Below are positions 47,456-61,230 of a stretch of DNA of 64,000 nt, piece by piece. Within the stretch, counting starts at the first letter, position 1, and each line of letters starts with the position of its first letter. The stretch spans positions 7,316,001 to 7,380,000 of the forward strand of contig CM022679.1 of assembly GCA_012295275.1 (NCBI GenBank). The letters are read 5' to 3'. Origin of the DNA: Chrysomallon squamiferum (lineage: Eukaryota > Animalia > Mollusca). The notes under the pieces are model-generated. The model worked only from the letters and a program-made list of their open reading frames with translations, made no database searches and was not told the DNA's origin. Position numbers and translations under genes: made by a program.

Positions 47456-50400
47456 AATAAGTTTTCACTACTGATTTTACCTCTGAAATGCTTAAAGATA
47501 TTTTTGTTTTAAAAAATCAACATCTTACCGAATATTTTTCTGTATTGGTAAACGAACGATTTTCAGAACACTGCTGGTAATAACCTGCTTTAAACCTGAT
47601 AAAAACATGACATTCATTTGAAATTAATTTAATTTACATTTGTATTATAGAATTTGTTAGAAATATGCGACTTTGCATAGTTTTTCACCTCCCCAGAGAT
47701 ACGATCTGAAAGTCTATCAGTGATAAGCCGATAATTTAACCACAGCTTATGTTCTATATTATAATATAATAAAAGCAAAATTCCTTATGCAAAATTTGGT
47801 AAGAAAAGCGTTTTATATTTAAAATGTATTGCCTTATGAGTGATCCTAGTTGCCTGGTAGCCCTTGATATGAAACGTTTACCATTCCGTGATAAGCTTTT
47901 CGAAGAAGCTGAATATAGGTTAAAGAATATGACAGTATTTTAAGCATATTTACATATTTAAAAAAAAAAAATTCGTTGCCAATTTCATTAAATAAATACT
48001 TTAAAATTCTGTTTTCTCTAAAATATTTTGCATTTTTATTTTTCGAAAGAAAAAGAAAATTATTATTATTATATAAAGTTTCATAATATAATTTTAAATT
48101 ATTGTTGCTAAATTTTGTACGACAGCCATGTTTTAGTTAAACAATCTAAAATCAAAACTCTTAAACGCCATTTTTGATTTTTTTTTTTCCAATTCTGAAG
48201 AAACTGCAACGTGTAATAATAACTACGTAAGATTATATAAAGATTTTACGTGACTAAAGCTCACACATTCATAATACAGTTACTGATATTCATGATACAA
48301 ATATCCCAGATCTGAGCTAACGTCGTTGATATCTGTTACAGTTATTTATGGTTTATTTAATACAGTCTCTACCCCAGACAAATGATATATTATTCTTAAT
48401 CCCCTGTGTCCTGTCACATGTGTTTGATCGATCCTCTGAGCATGTTCATGAATCTAGAATATATTAATCATCTGTGTTACGTCATTTCCTTATCATTTAC
48501 TTATGCATTTAATAGTTTTCAGTGGCAAATTATAAATTAATGTTTTATTGTGTTATGCTTTTCACAACATCAGGAATAAAATCCGACAGAAGCATTATGT
48601 AGTAACATGCACACGCGCACATACACAAAACACACTCACAGATGCTTATAGATAACATACATACGCACTAACAATTAGAAAATATACCAAACACTTATGC
48701 ACATGCAAAAAAACGTACGTCTACACAGAAGTATACAAATCGCAACAGCTAATACAAATACAGCCACACAGAAAATCAGTCAGACGACAATCCACATACA
48801 ATACACAGAACTAGACTCAGCTATAAGTTGAGCTGTAATAGTCGATAGTAGGAAAATCAATGGATTCAGATTTCTTGTTATTCAGAAAATCATCATGTAA
48901 CACAGTTCTAACATAACAATAATCTCAAATATCTGTTGCTTCATTAATTACGGAGTTGACTTTAAAAATGATTGCTATCGATTGTTTATGTTGTGTGTGT
49001 GTTTTTTTGTTGTTGTTTTTTTTGTTTTTATTAGTCTGTTTTCTCAATTTTATTACGAAATTTATTTTAAAATAATTCAGTCTGTCAGTTATTTTCAAAC
49101 GTGCGTGCGGGAACCGACGATTCAAAAATATTAGTCTTCCTCAATTCTGAGTGTTCTAAAAACAGTGTTAGTATGTTAGTGAATTAGTTACAGAGTTAAG
49201 TGGTTTTACTGATTTTACACCGAACCAAACTCGGCATGAGCCAGTAGTCGACCGACTAAGCATAAAGCTGATAATATTAATAGTAGTTGTTGTCTAAGCA
49301 GCAGTAGTAGCAGTAGGAGGAGGAAAAAGAAAGTAGTGGTAGACGTAGTGATAATATTAATAATAATAATAGACGTGGTAACAGTAGTAATAGTGGTGGT
49401 TGTAGTAGCAGAATAATAATAGGAGTAGAAGGAGCAGAAGTAGTAATAAGAATGATGATGATGATGATGATGATGATGTTGATGATAATGAGAACAATAC
49501 CAATATTAGAATGACTAAACCTATTGGAAATATTATTATTAATAATAGTGGTAATGGTAATAATAATAATATTTTTAAAAAAAAAAAAATGAAAGTAAAC
49601 ATAAAAATGCATACAAACATGCGTAAAAAACAAAAAAACAAACAAACAAACAAACAAATAAATATAAGAGACATAGTTGGATAGTGTACCGTATAGGGCT
49701 TTCCAATAATTATATACAAGTATACAACTAGACGAAATTTGTAAATTCTGGCTAAATATTAGCATTATATTGCAGGAGATATGTCGTGACTTCATGCTTG
49801 GTAATCATACGTAAAAATAATGTTCCAGTGAATACACTGCAGCTCTCTGAATAAACATTGAGATAGATGTAGGCAAAACATAAGTTTTATCCTCAGACAT
49901 TATTCTTCATTTTATTAAACTATAAGTAACTCTCGCAGATATTATTATGAATGTTAAAGTGGTGCTATACACTATTGTCATTTTACATATACACTTATCG
50001 TTAATCTAACGTAATTTTGTGATGACAGTCCTTGTAGTAATTATATTAAATGTACTGTAAAATACTAACAGCAGCTGTTATTTTGATACAATACACAAAC
50101 TGTTTGCTCAGCTGGTTAACTTTTCCTCACTATTGACACTTGGTTTTTCTCTCTGCTTTTTTTTTTATTAGGTTATTATTTGAATTATACAGACAGTTAT
50201 AATAGCATTATTTTTAGAATTAACAATTCATTTTGAAACATATAAATAACAGTTAATATTTTTCAACAGCACATTAAAAAGAATGACTTTAAAGTGTGTA
50301 TTTGATGTAGAAATAAACTACTGTGTACATCTCTGACTGATTGTTTTCTTTAACACAGGTAATCAGTCTTTATTAGTGGTAAGATATGATGGCAAAATAA

Positions 50401-50745
50401 TGAAGTTGCTCTAGACTAGCGTTTTCCCTTTGATCGTGATGTTAGTTCAAACATGAAAAAATAAATACATTTTTGACGGTTTCAGGTTATGGCAACTTAC
50501 GTTATATAACCCTTATAATTTCTGATTAATAAACACTAGTATAAGTTACAAAAGTAATAATCATTAACTAATACATATATATATATATATATGTATAAGA
50601 AATAATGTTATGATATTCTGATGACATTTCAGACTATAAAATTGCAGGTATAGGTCATTTTTTTTGTCTGCATCCCCATATTTTTCATTTGAAGAACCAA
50701 AACTCGCACTACAGTAAATATATGTTTTATTTTTTCTGGCTACAA

Positions 50746-50790
50746 GAAAATACATACCTCAGCCTTCGACAAACCAGTCGTGTTGCGCAC
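50746..50790 (-). mobile_element. Short SINE-like fragment related to 9361-9405
   Basis: Direct similarity to the 9361-9405 copy, with CpGs retained here. Confidence 0.4.
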
Positions 50791-51164
50791 AGTCAGAAAT
50801 ATCACGGCGACCTACTGAGCAAAACATTTCAGCTGACAAAATTTCTGTAAGAAAGCCAGCACTCGTACATTGTTTTGTTTTTCTCCTTTATTTTGGATAT
50901 TGCATCATAACTGCATTTTGACGAGAAGCGCCTGATGTGTAACCCATCGAAACAAAATAATGCTATTATTAACGACTTTGTTTATTCGTTAACATTAGAT
51001 AAAGAGAGAGGCAATAATCCTTGTAATTTAGACATTTATTATTGCACAGTTTTCAAATATATTACATTAAATAATTACTTACATGCATTTTTAATATAAT
51101 AGAAATCTAACATAATAATGTTATTTACCTGTTTTACCATGAAAAATACACTGATATATAAATA

Positions 51165-51883
51165 CAGATATACGAGTGTCCCAACTTACGAGTTTTCCGA
51201 GTTACGAGCAGTCACGTGGTCGATTTTTTGCTTTGAGTTGCGAGCCAAAATCCCAGTTAAGAGCGAGCTTCAGATACGCCGCCGCTAGTTGGCGCAACGA
51301 ACAACACAACATCCACTAGCATCCGGCGTTTCACTCGTTTTCTTCACGTGGTTACTACGCTGTGGAAGCATCTCTGATGTGTTGTGCTCGCGTTATGTGC
51401 AGTATTTTGCCAAATTTTCTGACCATGGATGCAAAGGTCAGTGCTGAGAAGAAGCGGATGATGTCCATTGAATTAAAGCATGAAATCATAGAAAAACGTG
51501 AGCGAGGTGTGCATGTAGTCGACTTGGCTAGACAGTACGAGCGCAGTACTTCTACGATATGTACCATACTGAAATAGAAGGAGTCGATAAAGGCTGTAAC
51601 TCCAGCCAAAGGCGTTAAAATAATTTGTCTGATCTCAAAGATAAATACACTGTACAAAACCAATTTAGTTATTTACATTCTCTTTTATTTTGTTTTTTTA
51701 TACAATATTTGTCATATATAAATTCAGTTTTCTTATTTAAAAACACGTTACAAAAAAAATGGGGTGGTTTTGGGAGGCTGGAACATATTAATGTTATTTC
51801 AGTTAATTGATTTGATATACAAGCAAATTGAGTTACGAACTCGGTCACAGAACGAATTAAACTCGTATGTCAAGGTACCACTG
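51165..51883 (+). mobile_element. Internally deleted Tigger/pogo (Tc1/mariner superfamily) DNA transposon, about 720 bp, with transposase N-terminal remnant
   Basis: TA flanks at 51163-51164 and 51884-51885. Right end ctcgtatgtcaaggtaccactg; left end cag-atatacgag is its complement lacking 10 nt. Subterminal gagttacgag repeats. Encodes KKRMMSIELKHEIIEKRERGVHVVDLARQYERSTSTICTILK*KESIKAVTPAKGVKII, a CENP-B/psq-type HTH of TIGD-like transposases with a premature TAG. No DDE domain is visible. Confidence 0.9.
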
Positions 51884-53736
51884 TACTGTTTTACAAGCAA
51901 TGATATACTAGTACTTAAATGTAGTTACACTGTTTTACAGTACTGTTGCACTTAAATAGTTATACTGTTTTACCATCAACATTACGTTCGTAGATATTGA
52001 TAAATGGAGTCTAATTTATTTCACTGTCAACAATATAAACGTACATAAATACCGTTACATTTTTTATTCTTACCGAGTTCGTAGATACAAATACATACAT
52101 ACATACATATTTATTTAATTAATACAATAATTTGCTACAAAAACACAATAAAATAGTTCTTCGTAAAATAAGTTTAAACGTAAACATCCATAAACCTATC
52201 AACAATTAAATTAATAATGTTATTAAATGTCAAAAGCCTCTTGTTTAATGATAACAGAGAAGGCAACCCTTGGCATTCAGCTGTAACAGATGGAATGTTT
52301 TCTATACACAGAAATAACATGCACCACATCGTTTGATTCACCAGTGGTGGCTGGACCAGAAACAATAAAACGTAGTGACTAGAACCAATCCTGACATCAG
52401 CCACGTCTCGAGGCTTCGCTCAGATGGTTTTACAGCTCGCGCCTGAACAAGTCAGGTCTGATGTCACACTTAAACGGTTTTCTGATGAAAGTATACACGT
52501 ATCCTCACCCACGTCCAAACACAGTCATTTCTCGCGTGTGTCGTTAAACAGATATTCTCTTGTTGATAGTAATATATTATTCATCCCCCGCATATTGTTT
52601 TTAAAGAGTCCGATATTAAATCTTGTCTGAGCTTTTGAATAATTTCTGTAACGGTTTATATGTGACAAGCACTTATCTCTGGTACGGTTACTCGTGAACA
52701 TGAGTTAAAATGAAGACGGATGAAAGTGCATTCATTTTTGTACAAATTTTGTTCGTGACTCAGAATAGCAATTATTATTTTTACGAAATGGGCTACTTTC
52801 TTTCTTATATACGCACTAGTTTAACAACTTGTTTGATCTAGAACTAGCAGCTATTTGTTCCAGACGAGAACAGCTAATTTTCTAGAGGACAATTCTCAAA
52901 CTGTGGCCCTCGGCCTCTGTGGGTTCAAGAAATTAACATCTATTAGTTTGTTCTAGATGTTCAGATTAACTTTGCTCTGATTAATTTAAAAAACCATTTT
53001 CAGGAACTGTTTCTGCAGTCTTCTGAGTCACGTTAAGACTGGTGTTTTGTAGTCAGCTTGTCTCGTTCTCGCGTCTACAGGTCTCTGGGCTGAAGTGTAA
53101 GCAGTTTACAATCGTTGTAAACAATAAATTATTGTATTTGATACACAGAAAGGCTATTACCAAAGGGGCTTTTAATGACATGAATATAGTGTATGTTTTT
53201 TGTTTTATTTATGTGTTTCGTGCGCCAGATGTACACAAGAACTAATACACCACTCAGGTATGGCCAAATTTATATGGATATACATGAACAACACTGCTTT
53301 ATTGTCAAAAAGTTATTAATTTCAATGTGTGCATGGGAAATGTAAATACGTATTTATGACTTTTCACTCGAAAACGTGTTTCACGTATATTATATATCTG
53401 GAGTCATGATTTTCCAATACATAAACAGTCAAGATGTAATTAATCGTATCAAATATTATTTATTTCAGATGATGTGCACAGGATGTAGGTAAATATAAAC
53501 AAATATGTTATTTTTATTTTTGCAGGATAAAACTGTTACTGTAGTGCTATAAATGCCAGTGCTTGATTTACAACCTTCTGGGAAAGAGAATCGAGTTGTT
53601 GATTCGGATGTCATTCCGGGGAACAAAACTGCAAGCGACAGTTCTTAAACGTGTACACACGTAGTTACAGGAACTGAAGTTTCCTCAGTTTTCTTCAGAT
53701 AATTCTGTGATAGCATGGATTTCAATAATGCTGTTG

Positions 53737-53820
53737 GTGTTTAGGTGTATTATAATATAACATTTTAGTGTTTAGGTGTATTATAATATAACATTTTAGT
53801 GTTTAGGTGTATTATAATAT
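53737..53820. repeat. 31-bp perfect tandem repeat, 2.7 copies
   Basis: gtgtttaggtgtattataatataacatttta starts at 53737, 53768 and 53799 (last copy partial). Confidence 0.95.
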
Positions 53821-54149
53821 TTGTTCGATAAATTCAAGAAATGGCATCATTCTGTAACTCATCTTTTTATCGTAATTTTAATTAATAAATTTGGGCATTA
53901 ATTTTTAAAACAACTAGAAAATTTGTATTTGTTATTTCACAGTTAGCATTTTACAGATCAATACTCATATTTACGGGCTAAAAAAAATCAATGAGAATTT
54001 AATAAGTTATCTTTGATTTTCAAATTAAATCATTAACTGGAATACCATTTCATATTAAGAAAACGACCACAGCACTTGTTCAGCATAAAATAGTTTGAAA
54101 GATATTACTAACATCAAAAGCAAGTTAAAGATCAAGACAGTCAAACACA

Positions 54150-54528
54150 ATGAACGCAAGCGACAATGATTCGGTTGTAGGGAAGCAGCTTATAGAAGTT
54201 TTGCGAAAAGAATGCCTTGCCAGAGGATGCGGAGGAATTCGCGGACTTGGTCTAATGTTTCGACATCTCGACATCGACTTCTCACAGAGAATTGTCCTTC
54301 GCGAACTCGAAGAAGGACTTCGGTCATTTGGAATCAGGATGTCTGAAAATTACCTCAGGTCTTTGTTTCGAGCTCTGGATAAAGACAAAAGCGGAGGAAT
54401 TGACTTCTGTGAGTTTATGCAGGAGCTGAGACCACCCATGTCGCCATGTCGAATAAATGTCATAAACGAAGCGTTTGATTCGCTAGATCTGAACAAAGAT
54501 GGAATATTAAACATGGACGACATCAAAG
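54150..54528 (+). CDS. Calcyphosin-like (CAPS/CAPSL family) EF-hand calcium-binding protein, first coding exon; downstream exons not found in the window
   Basis: LRKECLARGCGGIRGLGLMFRHLD and FCEFMQELRPPMSPCRINVINEAFDSLD match the calcyphosin pattern (LR..CL.RG..GI.GLGR.FR..D; LRPPMS..R...I..AF..LD). EF-hand loops DKDKSGGIDFCE and DLNKDGILNMDD. Donor AAAG|GTAGGT at 54528/54529 (phase 1). Confidence 0.88.
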
Positions 54529-54609
54529 GTAGGTTTATGGTGCTTGTTCTCTTTCAGTTTCATCTTTTAATATGCTAGATAAGACAATATTAATTTTAGC
54601 TATGATCAC

Positions 54610-54690
54610 CTGTCACGTTATGTCGAATAAATATCACAATCATGGTTTTTTGATTCGCGCGATTTGAATAAGGATGGGGTATTACAGGTG
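54610..54690 (+). pseudogene. Degenerate tandem copy of the 3' end of the calcyphosin-like exon
   Basis: tgtcgaataaatatcacaatcatggttttttgattcgcgcgatttgaataaggatggggtatta aligns with tgtcgaataaatgtcataaacgaagcgtttgattcgctagatctgaacaaagatggaatatta (54447-54509). One extra T shifts the frame. Confidence 0.8.
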
Positions 54691-55296
54691 GCTTTATGTA
54701 ATTTTAATGGTATATTAATTAATATTTACTGTAATATATATCGACAATATTAATACCAACTGTTATTAGTTACCAGTTTGTTATTAGTGATATTTAATTA
54801 GAAGTATTTCAAAATATGGATTAAAAATATGTTGTTTGTAAGCAAATATCCATGTACTTTCTGAGAACGAATAATTAAAACGACAATATAAGCATTACCT
54901 CTAAACCCATCGGTTCATTCAAACTGAATATTCATACTGTATTTTCTACACCACAAACCAACCATCATCATTATCATCATTATCATCATCATTTTCATCG
55001 CCATCTTCACCCTTACGTACATATTTTTCAACTTTTATCCCAAAAATTCATATTTCTATACTTTAGTACAAGAAATTCCTTAAGCACTGCATGTGGCTCG
55101 GCTGCATACTGGGCATCGTAATACAATAAAACCATATCATGTTCTGATCATCTGCAAAACTGCTAAATTTACCAGTCTGCATGACAGAAATTAAGTGTAC
55201 AGACACATCTGCTTAAAAATCAAAAGATCACCTGCTCATTAATGGCTATCATAACACTCATATTATTATTACAATTTTCCGATAAAAAGAACAATA

Positions 55297-55462
55297 GCAC
55301 GAAGTGTTTTATTTAACACACAACACTTTTCAGTGTCATATGTAACTGTGATTACTACATTGATAGATGAAACCGCTGCCGTCACGCAATCTTCTACTCT
55401 TTTTCGATCTGAGGCAAGTGATGTTTTAATGCACACCTTCGGAAAAAGACAGGAAAATACTT
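55297..55462 (-). mobile_element. Decayed SINE-like interspersed repeat
   Basis: gaagtgttttatttaaca...gaaaccgctgccgtcac...ctactctttttcgatctgaggcaag...gacaggaaaatac. Reverse-complement similarity to 36265-36382 and overlap with the motif at 9352-9410. Confidence 0.5.
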
Positions 55463-56512
55463 AATAAAGCGGGTATGTTGGGCAGAGGCGGGATGATAAA
55501 TTACTCAGTGAACTGAAGAAATGGTTAAAACTTTATATCAGATTTAGCAATGCGGCATGTAATCATGATATACACTAAAACGTTTTAAAACGTTAGGCGA
55601 CTTCTATTTCTGCTTTATCTTCAGGTAACTAATACAGTAAGAAAACGTCTCCCCGAAAGGGACCTGACCTGTTATAGTCAAACTCTTACTCACATAATCT
55701 GTTCATCTGTGAGTAATATGAGATGTTACGGAACTTGCATGAGGCGTAATTTCTCCTACTCATTCTTTGGAATGTTTCCCCTTTTTGGTTTGTGAAAGCC
55801 ACTGTTAAATTTTTACTGACTGTGCTGATGTGATTATCAAAAATTTCGACATATTCACTGACAGCAGGCGCGCACAAGTTGGCGGAAACATGTTTCCTTG
55901 TTTTGTTTTAGCATTGTCAAATATATTATGAAAAGAAAGAAAGAAAAAAAAAAAAAAAAACAAAAACAACATTCCTCCCTATAAAAACAACAACAGTAAC
56001 AACAACATTATCATCACCATCAATACAAATAGAAAAGAAATGTTATAATCAGTAACACTGAAACACATATGTTAACGATGATTAAATAAACAATAAATAA
56101 TTAATAATATATTTATCTAAGTAATGACAAGGGAGTAAAGATGACTCAGACAACATTGATACACATATTTAATACAGTTTTAAAATGTGTTTGACCTTCT
56201 CATCTGTCTGCTTCATCATTTGGTGCATACGAAGATTCACTTAGATCATCAGTTAAAGATAACTTTAAAAGCAGAACATTTTCTGTTGTTTGTATTTTTT
56301 TGTATCAGTAGCAAAGGTAAATATACACTGGGTTAATGCCATTGTCTTTCCTGGTTGTGGATACTCGGTCTGAATAGTACAATTGTAATGATAGCATTGG
56401 CTATGAATCTACATTTTGTAAAGATGGGTTGGAATTTTCTCACTGGGCAACTTAAAAGGAACTTTTTTTATTATGGAGTCATTGAATTACTGTTGAATAA
56501 AATTAGAAACGA

Positions 56513-56549
<37 letters not shown>

Positions 56550-56850
56550 TATTTTTTTAAATTTAATTTACATCATTTATTTATAACATATTATTATTAA
56601 AAAAAAATACTGAAACAAAAAATAAATAAAAAGCTGTAATTATTTTAATTATTAATATGATAATTGAATTTAAAAATATCTTACAAATTATCACTATTAT
56701 TTTTACCAATCTTTAGAACGATAAAGTAGTTTCGTCAAAATATGGTGTGACTGTCGCGGTGTATGTCAGTCTGTCGATTCAAATTATTTACGATGATTTT
56801 AAGTTATAATAGTTTTCTGGATCCATAAAAATTAAAATCAAATTCAATAT

Positions 56851-56854
<4 letters not shown>

Positions 56855-56936
<82 letters not shown>
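56855..56936. repeat. (GA)n microsatellite
   Basis: Seen directly. Confidence 0.95.
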
Positions 56937-56939
<3 letters not shown>

Positions 56940-59116
56940 GGAAATAAATATATAAATAAATAATAACATAAAAATAAAACCAAATCGACTAAATGTTAAA
57001 CAAATGTACAAAATCGAAAATATTTTTCATATCATAATTATCTCCCTTTTAGTTATATCGCAACAACAATCAAAGCGTTTTATGACTAGTAATAAACAGA
57101 GAAATTCATGTCAGTTGTATTTGTTGAATTTTTTTTTTATTTATTCTTGATACTTTGAGTGCTTTTTGAAGTATGGAAAATGTAGTGTTTGACAAGAAAT
57201 TGTTAATTTTATATGCATTATAGGAGATATTGGAAATTAATATAAAACTGCTTGATGATATCCTATCGTATATATTTCTATCGATGGTTTTATAGCGAAG
57301 GCCTTGAGTTTCGTGATGAAATATGAGATAGTAAACACAGAACAGAGACAGTGTACTCTGTTCTTATCGATTAGCAGTCCCTTTGCTTGTCTTTACGTCC
57401 CCTGGCTGTATCAGAATCCGTCTGATCTATAAGTCGTCTGGCAAGATGCAGAATTCAACAGATTTCCAACATCACCGAGTTTAATCAATATCATATTAAT
57501 CTGTAGGTCTTCTACATGAATCCAGCACATAATTGATTTATAATTTCTTGTTCCGTCCCAGGGTCTGATCTGTAACGTAAGGCTTCTGGTAGGACTCAGT
57601 GTGTACAGCTAAATGAAATATAAATTTCGTGTCCGTAAATAGAAAAGAAAATTATCCCATATGTTTTAGTTAACTGTATGTTTCTAAACTGAAGCAAGTA
57701 CCAGCATCTAACTATTTTTTGTTTTCAGTTCGAGGTTGTACACTGTACATCTGTACCGGTTTATAAATCTCAGCTATAAATCTTTTGGTGATATTCTGTT
57801 GTTAACGGATCCATAATGTCCCATGCTAATATATTCTGTTAAATAATCTCTTGATTTCTTTGTTTTATGAGAAACTTTGTCAGAATACTAGATTAAAAAC
57901 TTAAAGCACGTTTAAATATGAGTTCATTTCATTCATGAATTTCGTTTACTGTTCGTAAGTCTGTTTATATTAACAATTCAATGAATGTTTTTTTTAGTAT
58001 TCCCAAGGTATCAACCTTGATGTTTTTAAATTATGTTAAAACGACCGAAGATAGAAGGGAAAAAAAAAGAGAAAAAAAAAAAGGAAACGGTACCAAGGAA
58101 ACCTTAGAAGTATTTGACTTTACGAAAATATGTTACACGAAAATTATTCATTGCATAGAATTCTGGACTCAAATACTTGAAGCATTTATAAAATAATGGC
58201 CAAGACTACGACACGGTGTAGTATCTGACAATCAATAACTTCGTCTTTACTTGAACTGTCAACTCATTCAGACAAAGAAAAAAAGAAAAAGATCTTCACA
58301 TATGAAATATCATGTCGCTGAGACAGCTAATGACAACATGATGGATTTATTGCAGACAACATTGAAATGACATGCCCGCTCTAAAGACTGTCTTAATGCA
58401 AACAAAGCCACATAATTCCATAGAACTAATTGCAGAAATGACCGCATAATTCTACAAAACTTAATGCAGAAATTACCATAGAGGACCATTTCTTCATTCT
58501 GTCATTGTAATAAGAAAGAAAGGAACACTTGATAATGATTGATGATGTTAAAATGTTAAACATTCATCTTTTTCGTTTCATTCTAGAGTGTTTTCCTTTG
58601 CTCTTCCTGTATGAAAATTGTTTTATTTTGCTTTGTATAATTAATTTGTTCTCTTTCAGCTTGTTTAATACGTAATAAATAGCTTAAAGCTTTTTAAAAC
58701 ATTTTTATATAAAGATATCTGTTTCTTTTTCAGGCCTCTAAATTTTCTATATCTCACTGTATCCACGCCATTCTTTTTTTTCTCAGCTTGTTTTTTTTTT
58801 TTTTTTTTCTTTATCTCTTTATCTTCATTTAGTTTGATTCTAAAGTCTGATAAGTTTAAAAATAAGTTTAAAAAAAGAAAAATGGAAAAAAAGAAAATTT
58901 CTTTTTAATCATCTTTAAGCGTCAATATTAAACATTTATTTACTTTTATTTATAATTTAACTTAATCTAATCATCGTTCTCTTTTAAAAAAAAATTCTGG
59001 TAAACCGGTACAAGACCGACAGTTCTATTTACTTTGGTAATCTGTAATTTCCCGAACTTCAATCGATTTTGCTCATCTTGAAATTGAAGAGGAAGAAAGA
59101 ATAACCCAGTATTGTT

Positions 59117-59121
<5 letters not shown>

Positions 59122-59192
<71 letters not shown>
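59122..59192. repeat. (CA)n microsatellite
   Basis: Seen directly. Confidence 0.95.
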
Positions 59193-59193
<1 letters not shown>

Positions 59194-60897
59194 TTCTAGC
59201 AGGCGGCTTGAAGTTGTATTAATGCCAAGAGAAAAACAAATTGTGCAGATGTTTTGAAGCAGTAGTACTGTTAAAAGAAAAAAAAATTCTAATGGATGAT
59301 TTTGAAGCTCGAACTGCTTAATTTGTCTGGAAGGATAAACACTTCTACGTTTGTTCTTATTCATAAATACACATTTCTGTACAGATCCAGACACTGATGC
59401 CTCATTATACGTTCCAATATGTTAAATACTTTCATTCGAGAAAATTCTAATATTCAAGAATTACACCAGATCGCATTCTTTCCCACACCTGGCTATATAC
59501 TGCGCCTGTTTTATCAAAAGTATGAGGCATTTATTTTCCTGTCTATGGGAAGGTGCAGAATTGTTTTGTTTGTTGTTGTTGTTGTTTTTTTTGTTGCTAA
59601 TTGATAAAACTAACTAATAAAATGGCACCTTCAAATTTCCTATTTCATATCATCCGTGAACAAAAAAAAAAAAAAAAAAAAATAAAAAATAAAAATAAAA
59701 AATAATTTAAAAAACCCCAACCCCCCAAAAAAGTATTTATTTGACAACAAATAACTAATTGTAATAAATATTAATAAATAAACATCGACAAATTAAACTA
59801 TATATATATTGTATATGAAGTTACAATTAATTTTTCACGAACCTTTGCTAATAATCACGATACATAATGATAATGGAACAAGCGTAGATAATGAAGAAAG
59901 GCATTATTCTCAGATGTCTGCAAACAGAACAACAACAACAACAACAGCAACAACAAAAATAATGTGACTAATTTATTAATAGCAAAGATTCGATACTAAT
60001 TTTCTAACATGCTAACACTAACCCACTTTGTGCATTGTGGGCCCTAGACAATTGTGCTTCAACCTTCATTGGATCAAAGCATGTTACGACTGACTAATAA
60101 TCAGAGTTTAAATATTTTCACACAGGATCAAATGTATAACCCACTATGTGATATTCAGTAATTAATACTTCACCATTGAAATTTTCATTTTGTATCACCC
60201 AGCGAATGATCTGATTACATGATATTTTACACAAAGAAATTAGAACATAAAAGAAAAACATAATAATAATAATTAAATTTTTTTTTTTTAAATCCACGGA
60301 AACAAAAAAGTAATGTATACGTTAAACAAAAGCTAACTATTCTTAGTGAAATATTTACATAGTAGTCATGACAACAGACTTATTTAAAAATAAAATAATT
60401 TTCTTTTTATAATGAATGTATTGTTATCCTCACAAAAAAAAAAAAAAAAAAAAAAAAGTTTTTTTTTTTTTTTTTTGCCAAAATCAATAACTATTTTAAT
60501 GTTTTCTAAAGAGGAATATCCAGAACATTTTTTATTTATGGTTGTTGTTAAAAACGAAGACAAGTAAAAATAACATACATTTCGTAATAATTTTTCCTTT
60601 GTATGCCTGACACAGGTTGTTTGCTGTGTTAATCAATTATTAAAAGTAATACACTCAAAAAGAAGCCAGCAGCCTTCAACAAAAACATTACTGCGATGAA
60701 CTGATTGATTTTTAACTTTGAATTCTCTAAGAACGTACGTGTCTTTATGCCCTTCAGGCTTCGTTTGTCGGTATATATTAACGGAAATCCGAAAATGCCA
60801 TCTTAACATGAATAGTTATTAAATAATGTATCTCTCTAACCAGTGGATCGAGCGGGGGAGAATTAGCGAGAAAAGAGATAATATGTGCCTCTGTCTA

Positions 60898-61230
<333 letters not shown>

